A DNA stretch of 64,000 nt. Origin: a virus. Positions 17,395 through 24,849 of the stretch are shown piece after piece (the stretch's first letter is position 1; each line of letters starts with the position of its first letter). The notes beneath the pieces are model-generated. The model was not told where the DNA came from. It saw only the letters and a program-made list of their open reading frames with translations, and ran no database searches. Made by a program: the position numbers and the translations under genes. The stretch spans positions 17,896 to 81,895 of IMG/VR virus record IMGVR_UViG_3300047548_001261; one strand, given 5' to 3'.

Positions 17395-19268
17395 ATCGGT
17401 CTTGGACGCATAAGAATATTGCGAGGAGTATTCAGTTTAGTTCGAAAGGGGTCCTTCTTTGGCCCACAAGTGACGACGCACCGAACGGGTGGGGAGAACC
17501 TTTTGATACGATTACTGGTACGATAGGGGGGCCGAACCCAAACGTCTTACTGACATACACAGGGCCTACGGTAGGTATTAAACGAGGAGTCAAAAGGTCG
17601 CAGGCTGGTAACTGTTACTGGCGCGGCCCGCAAGGCAGAGTTATCTCTTGGCAAGGCCCTTGGGGCTTTCAAGTCGAATCCCCTGCACACTACTTCGGTA
17701 CACCGTCGTACTCGTCCTCGTACGAAATAGCTCTGGCTGCAAGGGCTGGCGCTGCTCTATCCTCCATCGGGTACACTCAGACTACATCTTATATCCCGAT
17801 AAACCCTTCTAACCCAACAGGCCCAGGTACATGGCTTATCCACGGGTCTCGGTTTTCCACAAAAATTTTCAAAACTGGTAAATTATTTGCCACCGCGCCA
17901 AATAAAATTCTAGGGGCTGCGGAATTAAATGGGGGGATTATAGCCATCTTAGTCGACCAGACGATCCGGTATAAAAAAGGTCCGGCGGATTGGGTAACTA
18001 TAGGGACTTTAACAGACCCAACTGTCACCGATCCGGCTAAAACACTTTTGCCCTACTTAGGTATATTCTCCTTTGATGCCGACGGGTTGCACGCTATCGC
18101 TATCCGATCTGTCCTTTGCCGGGACAACCTTAACCCGAATTACGCAACGAACCACATAGAGAAAGTCCTGACTAGGGTGTCGGTGTCCCTTGATGCAAAT
18201 GGAAACCTAAGCACTTCCGTTTCACACACTGCCACAGGGGCTTTAGCGCTTATATCGACATTTCACTCGGTCAGTACTTATACCCCACCACCGCCCCCGT
18301 ATACAGACGGTGGATCAGGGAGTTATTCAGACACAACAACGTACTCGTCAGAGGGCGAAACTGTTGTTGCAGCAGGATTTTACGGCAATACAGAGGTCGT
18401 CTTGTCGGCTAAGGCTCACGAAACTTCCCAAATATGGTCCACCTCATCTTCTGGGTACCGTTATGGGGATGGAGGGGAGAACGGGGAAGGGTTATTATCG
18501 CACTCATACACTGAATCGGGGAGTAATAAAGTCGGATTGTATAACGGCGAGGACTTATTGGTTGATTTGTTTGTCAGCACTAAAACTACGTCTTCTTCTA
18601 GCAGTGAGCAATCACATTGGGGTGAGCGTAGGGGCAGCGATTCTGCGTCTGGTGGTTCAACGTCTTCAACTACTTCTTCTACAGAGTCATCTTCTTTACT
18701 ATTCGCAGATGTTTCTGTAAGTCTTCCGGAACTCTGTCTTGTTAAGGAAGTTTCGTACTCCTCGTCAGAAAATTCAGGCTCCTTCGAGGTCTCCGTCGTG
18801 GTTAATACCACCGAAAGTACCTCTTCCTCCACAGCGTCTCATACAAATTCCGTCATTAACCCTAATGTATCCTTCCCTGTAGATCAGAGAGGGCCTATCA
18901 CAACAACAAGTACTGGGCATCTCGAAACCCTTGCAAACATCGGGTTCAATTCAGCAGGTAACTATGAAACCACTAACACGAATAGAGAATACAATGTCGT
19001 AGGGGCCAATCACTTTAGGAGTTACCACCCAACGGCGGGGTATGTAGATATATTTCCCGTCTGTTACGGGGTTGTTGACCCCGTTTCCGGGTTTTGGGCT
19101 ACTGTTCACTACCTGTATACAGTGAATTCCGGAACTGCAGACCTTAGTGTTGTAGAGACGACGACTGCGCAACTACCGAATGGGTTAACCCCAGAAAGTT
19201 TTCTGGGGTTAACTGGAGACAACCAAGCACTTGGCAATCTTCCTAGCAAGGGGGTTTACTTACTTTAA
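17391..19268 (+). CDS. Putative tail / receptor-binding protein, Ser/Thr-rich C-terminal half
   Basis: 625 aa, last gene of the + strand tail operon. Confidence 0.6.
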   Translation: MNRSWTHKNIARSIQFSSKGVLLWPTSDDAPNGWGEPFDTITGTIGGPNPNVLLTYTGPTVGIKRGVKRSQAGNCYWRGPQGRVISWQGPWGFQVESPAHYFGTPSYSSSYEIALAARAGAALSSIGYTQTTSYIPINPSNPTGPGTWLIHGSRFSTKIFKTGKLFATAPNKILGAAELNGGIIAILVDQTIRYKKGPADWVTIGTLTDPTVTDPAKTLLPYLGIFSFDADGLHAIAIRSVLCRDNLNPNYATNHIEKVLTRVSVSLDANGNLSTSVSHTATGALALISTFHSVSTYTPPPPPYTDGGSGSYSDTTTYSSEGETVVAAGFYGNTEVVLSAKAHETSQIWSTSSSGYRYGDGGENGEGLLSHSYTESGSNKVGLYNGEDLLVDLFVSTKTTSSSSSEQSHWGERRGSDSASGGSTSSTTSSTESSSLLFADVSVSLPELCLVKEVSYSSSENSGSFEVSVVVNTTESTSSSTASHTNSVINPNVSFPVDQRGPITTTSTGHLETLANIGFNSAGNYETTNTNREYNVVGANHFRSYHPTAGYVDIFPVCYGVVDPVSGFWATVHYLYTVNSGTADLSVVETTTAQLPNGLTPESFLGLTGDNQALGNLPSKGVYLL

Positions 19269-19353
19269 GTTCCAGCGGAGCCGCGTCCGCTGGGTTGGTC
19301 GTGTTTCTGGAAGTCCAGTTCAGAGCGCACCGACCCTTAACGTGGCGTTATAC
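19269..19353 (+). other. attC site 1 (R'' missing)
   Basis: L'' GTTCCAGC at 19269 ... L' CCTTAAC-gtggc-R' GTTATAC (19347-19353). Confidence 0.7.
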
Positions 19354-19573
19354 AGCAATTTCCAGCGTCGCATTCCAAAAGTCCCGCCCCAAAGGCGCAA
19401 TCATGGCAATGCGGCTCTCCATCGTCATTAAAAATTCCGTCTTCCTCGCAATTTCCAGTTGGCTCGTCACACTTACAACAAAGTTGCCGCGTTCCAGGAT
19501 AATGCGTGGCATTCCATCGCTCATGGCTGCCCTGATCCATAGCGTGTCTTTTTCCACCAGGCCATTCGTTCAT
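19337..19573 (-). CDS. Cassette 1: Cys-rich hypothetical protein (putative Zn finger)
   Basis: MNEWPGGKRHAMDQG...CCKC...CHDC; stop lies inside the attC1 L' box. Confidence 0.7.
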   Translation of the reverse strand: MNEWPGGKRHAMDQGSHERWNATHYPGTRQLCCKCDEPTGNCEEDGIFNDDGEPHCHDCAFGAGLLECDAGNCCITPR

Positions 19574-19586
19574 TTTTTGTTCCAGT

Positions 19587-19683
19587 GCATAACTCTTAGT
19601 TCAAGCGGACAATCCGCCATTTAACGCATTTGCGTGGTTAAATTTCAGTGTGTGGCGGCTTGCCACTTAACACGGCGTTATGC
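19587..19683 (+). other. attC site 2
   Basis: GCATAAC-tctta-GTTCAAGC...ACTTAAC-acggc-GTTATGC, 97 bp. Confidence 0.9.
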
Positions 19684-19860
19684 ACCATATCCGCGTTCAA
19701 ATACTTCATATCCAAAATTCTTGCCAAATGGATTATCTTCAGCGCATTCTTTAGCCAATTCAGCCGTCTCGAATTTAGCTATTTCATCGCCGTCTTTATC
19801 CATTAGCGGTGTGTACCCGCCACTTTGTGTTGTTAGCATTACGAAAAAATCGCCTTCCAT
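19678..19860 (-). CDS. Cassette 2: small hypothetical protein
   Basis: GGAG RBS; MEGDFFVMLTTQSGG...; TAA stop is the reverse complement of TTA in R'. Confidence 0.75.
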   Translation of the reverse strand: MEGDFFVMLTTQSGGYTPLMDKDGDEIAKFETAELAKECAEDNPFGKNFGYEVFERGYGA

Positions 19861-19878
19861 TTTTTATCTCCAGTTGAC

Positions 19879-19962
19879 GTATATCCCATCATTCAAGCCG
19901 ACGCTCTAAGCATCAGCTCATTGTTTAGAATCTATCCCGCGAGGCTTAATCTTGCGTTATAC
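19879..19962 (+). other. attC site 3 (degenerate R'')
   Basis: GTATATC-ccatc-ATTCAAGC...GCTTAAT-cttgc-GTTATAC. Confidence 0.8.
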
Positions 19963-20241
19963 GCACTGGGTTTCGTCGATAGCGTAAACACTCACAGGTT
20001 TTTCTCCAAAATGCGGATGTGTGATCCGCTTTTGTGGCGGATACCCTGCCCACTTTCTGCGTATCGTTTTTGACTCATCACCACGCTTCGGGTACCCTAA
20101 TTTTATGTGGATTTCGTCGTATTCAGGCCCACGCAAGCGGCGTTCCCAATAGTCGTTTGTCGCGCGATATTCCTCTGTCTTTTCGCCTTTGGCTATCGCG
20201 TGCCAATATTCAGCCTTTAGATGCAACGTTAAAATACGCAT
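19957..20241 (-). CDS. Cassette 3: ASCH/PUA-like domain protein
   Basis: LTLHLKAEYWHAIAKGEKTEEYR (GxKxxExR ASCH motif); ATG lies inside R'' of attC4 and TAA inside R' of attC3. Confidence 0.8.
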   Translation of the reverse strand: MRILTLHLKAEYWHAIAKGEKTEEYRATNDYWERRLRGPEYDEIHIKLGYPKRGDESKTIRRKWAGYPPQKRITHPHFGEKPVSVYAIDETQCV

Positions 20242-20337
20242 AACTCATAGCTCCAAGCGACGCAGTGCCGCGCCACGGTATTTTATTAAATTTAAGATAA
20301 GTGGCGCGGCACTGCGCTCCTGAGCATGGTGTTACGC
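20238..20337 (+). other. attC site 4
   Basis: GCATAAC-tcata-GCTCCAAG...long stem CGCAGTGCCGCGCCAC / GTGGCGCGGCACTGCG...CCTGAGC-atggt-GTTACGC. Confidence 0.88.
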
Positions 20338-20627
20338 CCTTTTAAAATATGACTCAAATTCCGCTCGCCATGTATCCATGTATCCCTGTATTGCTCATAT
20401 AGCCCTAGCATCCAGTAAATTACATAAGCTTGCTCTTCTTCCGCTTTCTTTGGTATGTCGTGACCTAATTCACGCAAATTGCGCGATAGCTGTCCGCACC
20501 AAAAATTAGGGCGGCCTAGGATAAATCTTGTTTCGTTATTTAGTTCAATTGTTACTTTTTGGCACAACAATCCGGTCAACTCATGCCCACCGACCTGTGG
20601 CGGTTGTGTAGTTTTGGTTTGGTTCAT
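20292..20627 (-). CDS. Cassette 4: hypothetical protein
   Basis: Core RFILGRPNFWCGQL...AEEEQAYVIYWML; starts inside attC5 and ends inside attC4. Confidence 0.7.
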   Translation of the reverse strand: MNQTKTTQPPQVGGHELTGLLCQKVTIELNNETRFILGRPNFWCGQLSRNLRELGHDIPKKAEEEQAYVIYWMLGLYEQYRDTWIHGERNLSHILKGRNTMLRSAVPRHLS

Positions 20628-20684
20628 AGTTCATCGCTCCGTTAAGGTTTCGTGTCCGGCTGGCTGGTTAGCTTTGCGTTAGGT
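20562..20684 (+). other. attC site 5
   Basis: GCACAAC-aatcc-GGTCAACT...GGTTAGC-tttgc-GTTAGGT, 123 bp. Confidence 0.75.
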
Positions 20685-21586
20685 ATACTCCGCAAAATAT
20701 GCGCTATTACATCCACAGTCCAGCCATTTCCTAGCATTCGTTTAGCCTGATTATCAGAGACAGAATCAGTGTACCCCTCTGGCACGGTTTGGAGTCTTTC
20801 GCACTCTCTGCGGGTATAGTGCCTGTACGGCAACCTTCTACCAAATGCGTCAGGATGTCTGCCTATCGGCATTGAAGTAAGTACATTATCTTTTGCCACT
20901 GTCGTTAAACAATTCGATTTATTCCTGTTACTTTCGCGCACCTCTAGGCATTGTGTTATCGGGATAGATTTATTGCAATCATCCCTAACTCCTCTTTCGT
21001 TTAATCGTCGCCCCAGAATAGTCGCTTTGTTTAGATACCTTCCCCGTATCGCGGCCGGTGAAATAACCTCAATATCATCCAAAATATCAACTAGGTTTAT
21101 GTTTTTATTCTCCGGCCGCTCGATATTTGGTATGTTTGTCCAATATAGCCTTACTCTGTTCTGTGCGGAAAGCAGCGAAGAATTTATCTCAATGGGCAAA
21201 ACCCCAAGTTTGTCACTTATTACATCTTGCCACTCCTTTTTCATTCCGACGTTTTCAAGTAGGAAATATTTTGGCTTGCATTCTTTCATCAGCCTAACAA
21301 ATTCAAAGAATAACTTACTACGCGGGTCTTCAAAATTAAGTTGCAGCCCGCTAGATGAGAACCCTTGGCACGGTGACCCTCCTATCAGCAAATCAATCTG
21401 TGGTAAGTCTGCCGCTACGACATTGACCACATTTCCAATCCTGATAATTTCTGGATAATTTGACTCTGATACCTTGATAGCGTGTTTATCTATTTCGCTG
21501 GAATAATAGGCTTTAACTGGTATTCCTGCGCGCTCCAAAGCTATACGGCCACAGGACATTCCGTCAAAAAGCGATAGTACGTTCAT
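20642..21586 (-). CDS. Cassette 5: DNA (cytosine-5)-methyltransferase
   Basis: Motifs I (SLFDGMSCG), IV (GSPCQGFS), VI (ENV), VIII (QNRVRLYW), IX (RECERLQTVP), X (LGNGW). Confidence 0.93.
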   Translation of the reverse strand: MNVLSLFDGMSCGRIALERAGIPVKAYYSSEIDKHAIKVSESNYPEIIRIGNVVNVVAADLPQIDLLIGGSPCQGFSSSGLQLNFEDPRSKLFFEFVRLMKECKPKYFLLENVGMKKEWQDVISDKLGVLPIEINSSLLSAQNRVRLYWTNIPNIERPENKNINLVDILDDIEVISPAAIRGRYLNKATILGRRLNERGVRDDCNKSIPITQCLEVRESNRNKSNCLTTVAKDNVLTSMPIGRHPDAFGRRLPYRHYTRRECERLQTVPEGYTDSVSDNQAKRMLGNGWTVDVIAHILRSIPNAKLTSQPDTKP

Positions 21587-21618
21587 CCAATTTACCTATT
21601 CGTTGTAAGTAAAAACCA

Positions 21619-21682
21619 GCCAGACCCTGCGCTCCAGAGCGACGGCGGAAAAGCACCGCCGCGCCTGAACTATGCGTTGGGC
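21619..21682 (+). other. attC site 6 (degenerate R'')
   Basis: GCCAGAC-cctgc-GCTCCAGA...CGGCGG/CCGCCG stem...CCTGAAC-tatgc-GTTGGGC, 64 bp. Confidence 0.75.
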
Positions 21683-21683
21683 T

Positions 21684-21908
21684 TCAGCCTATATCGTCTA
21701 AGTAATCCTTGAGTGCAACATAAGCTCGCGCAAATGCCTCTTTTCTTGATGGTGAATTGTTAATTTTTATCTCTGCATCGCCCCATTTGCCAGGTTCTTT
21801 GCCTCTTCGGTCATAGACAAAAATATTCCAGTCTGTAATCCCGTTGTGACCAATTTCCAGTGCCAGCATTGATTGCTGGGCATATAAATCTAAAAAATCT
21901 TCTTCCAT
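21684..21908 (-). CDS. Cassette 6: hypothetical protein
   Basis: GAGG RBS; 74 aa filling the space between attC6 and attC7. Confidence 0.75.
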   Translation of the reverse strand: MEEDFLDLYAQQSMLALEIGHNGITDWNIFVYDRRGKEPGKWGDAEIKINNSPSRKEAFARAYVALKDYLDDIG

Positions 21909-21930
21909 ACAAGCCTCTTAATTATCTATA

Positions 21931-22052
21931 GCCCAACAAGTCAGTCAAGCTGGACGGTGCGCCTGTGGCGCGGGTTAAAGTCAGTGTTTCGGTAAGGGCC
22001 AGTGCGCTAATCAGGTTATTCCAGCGCACCGCCCCTTACCTCTGCGTTATGC
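21931..22052 (+). other. attC site 7
   Basis: GCCCAAC-aagtc-AGTCAAGC...CGGTGCGC/GCGCACCG...CCTTACC-tctgc-GTTATGC, 122 bp. Confidence 0.88.
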
Positions 22053-22054
22053 AC

Positions 22055-22228
22055 TTACATGTCCAGCAAGCTGCGCACAACATCAAGCAACGTATCAGCA
22101 ATCTTACCGTCTTTGCCGTAGTCGGCGGCAAGGCGGCGAAGGCGCTTATAGCAAGCTTCGTCAACTGCGTTGTTATCGTCTCTATCTTTCAGCAATTCTT
22201 CAATCAATTCTTCGTCTGTCATGTGCAT
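22055..22228 (-). CDS. Cassette 7: small hypothetical protein
   Basis: MHMTDEELIEELLKDRDD...; first ATG is inside R'' of attC8. Confidence 0.65.
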   Translation of the reverse strand: MHMTDEELIEELLKDRDDNNAVDEACYKRLRRLAADYGKDGKIADTLLDVVRSLLDM

Positions 22229-22321
22229 AACTCTTAGTTCAATCGGACAAGCCGCCATTTAACGCATTTGCGTGGTTAAATTTCAGTGTGTGGCGGCTTG
22301 CCGCTTAACACGGCGTTGGGC
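22225..22321 (+). other. attC site 8 (near-identical to attC2)
   Basis: GCATAAC-tctta-GTTCAATC...GCTTAAC-acggc-GTTGGGC, 97 bp. Confidence 0.9.
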
Positions 22322-22322
22322 C

Positions 22323-22622
22323 CTACCAGCGGCGGATATTCGCAAAATCCCAAAATTGTCGGCGACCCTCAGCATCGGTTGCGTCGCTCCATAGCAAAGC
22401 TATCCGCTGGCCCGTCATTGCCTCGACAACACCGTTAATTAGCCCGAGAGCTCCAACGGCGTATCCGCCGGTTACGCCTAGCTCATCAACCTGCACCGTC
22501 GGGTGATCTGCCAGCGCATGATTACACGGCACGCGGTTGCACATCAGCGCATGAATTGCGTTTCTGTCGTCGTTGTACGCGCCATTTAGTGTGTCGATGG
22601 CTTTTTGTATTTGCGTTGCCAT
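22323..22622 (-). CDS. Cassette 8: hypothetical protein
   Basis: GAGG RBS; NRVPCNHALADHPTVQV...VGALGLING. Confidence 0.75.
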   Translation of the reverse strand: MATQIQKAIDTLNGAYNDDRNAIHALMCNRVPCNHALADHPTVQVDELGVTGGYAVGALGLINGVVEAMTGQRIALLWSDATDAEGRRQFWDFANIRRW

Positions 22623-22637
22623 ATTGGCCTCAATTTT

Positions 22638-22685
22638 GCCTAACGTTACATTCGAGCGGACGCGTGGTAAGCGCCGCTCATTTAC
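22638..22685 (+). other. attC site 9 (R' missing)
   Basis: GCCTAAC-gttac-ATTCGAGC-ggacgcg...gcgcc-GCTCATT, then an HNH remnant with no correctly spaced GTTRRRY. Confidence 0.65.
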
Positions 22686-22819
22686 CCAGCCCCGTTCGCC
22701 TGCACCTGTGAATTCAGGTTAAGGGTGCCTGCTAATCTTCCAGTGAGCTTATTCGTGCCCTGGTTAGCCTTCCAAGTGAACTCGCCGGTTTCCTGCTCGT
22801 AATTTACTAAATCTTTCAT
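22682..22819 (-). pseudogene. N-terminal remnant of an HNH endonuclease
   Basis: MKDLVNYEQETGEFTWK...GRLAG resembles the N-terminus of 57125-57604 (LKELLHYDEETGIFTWK...GQIAG); stops after 45 aa. Confidence 0.65.
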
Positions 22820-24849
22820 AGTTGTATAACATTCTCAGCCACATCATCTTCCCGGTGAGTTACCGTAAGCGACTGGCCACAAAAAGAGTTTAACGCAAGC
22901 ATACATTGCAGACTCACATCCTTATCCATATCGGCGGAAACTTCGTCCAGGATCAGGCAGTCCAGGTTCGTCGTCGATAACCTAACAAGCCCAAGCTTCA
23001 TTCCAAGACCCATCAAAGTTTTCTGCGCACCCGATGCCGACGACTTACTAAACACATGGTCATTCTCTTTATAAGAGATGGCGCCATTGTGGAGCAGCAC
23101 ACTTTGAATATCTCCCTGCGTCGCTGTCTTGGCAAACTCCGAAGCTACAGAGAAGATTACGTCGTTCGCCTCGGAGACAATACTTGCCCTGTGAGTAGAA
23201 AGAACCTGTACAATTTCGGCATAAAGCTGAGCTTTGTCGGAGTTTTCCTTTTCCAGTTCTAGCGCTTTCACATGTTTGGCAAAGGCGTCTTGTGCAGTCC
23301 GTAAAGCTTCCTGGAAAGTTCTTAGCTCAGAGGATGCAGCCTCGAATGCCTTGCGGTTATCGGTAGAGTCCTGACAAACCTTATTGAGTTGCGCCGTTAA
23401 CTCGCTGAGGTTTATCAACCCGCCGGCAGGTGGAGTCAATGCTGCAAACTCCGTCGTTAGCTGGGTAAAGTCGTCGTTCTCTCTCTGGGTCTGCTTATTT
23501 TGCTGGGTTTCCTCAGCGATTTTCTTTGATAATGCACGGGCTTTCGTCGTTAAATCATCAAGATTATGCCCAGGGTTTTTACCTAATGCGTCATTCGCTG
23601 ATGCTAAATCTTTCTTCGCCCTTTCGACCTTTTCCACATAGGATTCGTAAGCGTTGACAAGTTTAGTGTTGGCACGAACCGCTTCGCTTGCTTCAGAAAG
23701 CCTTGCTTTCGCTTCCGCAACCTTGGACTCTAGCCCAGGAATGCTATTTGAAGCCTCTGCCAAAATCTTTTCAAGCGTAGGTAATTCGTGGTAGCCGTCA
23801 TAAGGTCTCTTGCACTCAGGGCAAACAGCATCGTGTACCGCAGACCGAAGCCGCTTAACCTCGTCTTGCTTATCGCGCAAAACACCGTTTGCCGCAGTCA
23901 ACAAACCCCCAAGGTGTGCGGTTTCGTCCACGATTTCTTCAACCTTTTCGACAGGCTCTCTTTCCAACCTCGCGAGGATGTCCTTATAAGTTGAAACCTT
24001 TTCAAACTCCTTATCGTACTTCCGTTGATCTTTCTCTTGTTGATACAGACTAGCAACCTCAGCCTCGTCCTCGACAGTATCGAACAAAGGCTGCAAAGCT
24101 AACCCGTCCAAAGCTTTACGTTTGGTATCGTAAGCGTCCACAGCTTTGTTATGGTTCACTGCTTCCGTCAGCTGTTTCGTCAAGGATGCTGTTTGTGTGT
24201 CACATGCCTCGCTTGCAGCCTTAAGCCCGCTTAGCGCCTTTTCTGTGTCGGATATATCGCTGGCAAAGATGGTCCTGGCGGTAACATTTTCAGCCACATC
24301 GTCGTCGCTAAGAATGTCTGAAGCATAAGCCGTCGCCAAGGTTGTAAAGTTTGCCTCCCCCTTCCTGGCCGCCTTCACAACCTTGTCCAGCACATCCACA
24401 CCAATACAAGACTCGATAAACCGCTGAAGTTCAGACCCCTCCATGTCCAGCAAATGCTGAGGGGACCCTTGCGGGCTCATATAAATTTGATTAAATTTCG
24501 CTTTGGTAATGCCCAACTCTTCAACTATTGCCGCATTGACTGCTGTGTGACCTCTGACGAACGGCTCTGCCGAACCCCTTGCGATGTTACTCTCCTTGGA
24601 CGATCTCGTCACAGTGAGCCCTGAGCTCAGCGTAAGCACGATCTTGAAGTCCTTTGTGCCCCGACGAATTAAGTCTTTGGTGTCGCAAGGGGCGACGCTG
24701 TTACCGAACAGCGCAACATGAATCGCTTGTAACACCGTGGATTTGCCTTGGTAATTCTTGCCTTTGATGAGGTTTGACCCGTCGGCGAAGTCCAAGGACA
24801 ACTCACTGAAGCGTTTAAAATTGGTCAGGTGTAAAGATTTAAGCTTCAT
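22816..24849 (-). CDS. sbcC: SbcC/Rad50-like ATPase (recombination nuclease subunit)
   Basis: LTNFKRF, Walker A GKNYQGKST, coiled coil with CPEC zinc hook, signature SASGAQ, Walker B LILDE. Confidence 0.92.
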   Translation of the reverse strand: MKLKSLHLTNFKRFSELSLDFADGSNLIKGKNYQGKSTVLQAIHVALFGNSVAPCDTKDLIRRGTKDFKIVLTLSSGLTVTRSSKESNIARGSAEPFVRGHTAVNAAIVEELGITKAKFNQIYMSPQGSPQHLLDMEGSELQRFIESCIGVDVLDKVVKAARKGEANFTTLATAYASDILSDDDVAENVTARTIFASDISDTEKALSGLKAASEACDTQTASLTKQLTEAVNHNKAVDAYDTKRKALDGLALQPLFDTVEDEAEVASLYQQEKDQRKYDKEFEKVSTYKDILARLEREPVEKVEEIVDETAHLGGLLTAANGVLRDKQDEVKRLRSAVHDAVCPECKRPYDGYHELPTLEKILAEASNSIPGLESKVAEAKARLSEASEAVRANTKLVNAYESYVEKVERAKKDLASANDALGKNPGHNLDDLTTKARALSKKIAEETQQNKQTQRENDDFTQLTTEFAALTPPAGGLINLSELTAQLNKVCQDSTDNRKAFEAASSELRTFQEALRTAQDAFAKHVKALELEKENSDKAQLYAEIVQVLSTHRASIVSEANDVIFSVASEFAKTATQGDIQSVLLHNGAISYKENDHVFSKSSASGAQKTLMGLGMKLGLVRLSTTNLDCLILDEVSADMDKDVSLQCMLALNSFCGQSLTVTHREDDVAENVIQL

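Larger units (their letters stand above)
19269..22685 (+). mobile_element. Integron-type gene cassette array with no integrase in the window (8 cassettes, 9 attC-like sites; genes on the opposite strand)
   Basis: Regular alternation of single ORFs with imperfect palindromes of the form RYYYAAC-5 bp-L''...L'-5 bp-GTTRRRY. Confidence 0.88.

Noticed and set aside
19269-22685. CRISPR array or plain terminators as the explanation for the repeated palindromes
   Set aside because: Repeats differ in length and sequence, intervening units are 170-950 bp ORFs, there are no U-tracts, and R/L box spacing fits attC.
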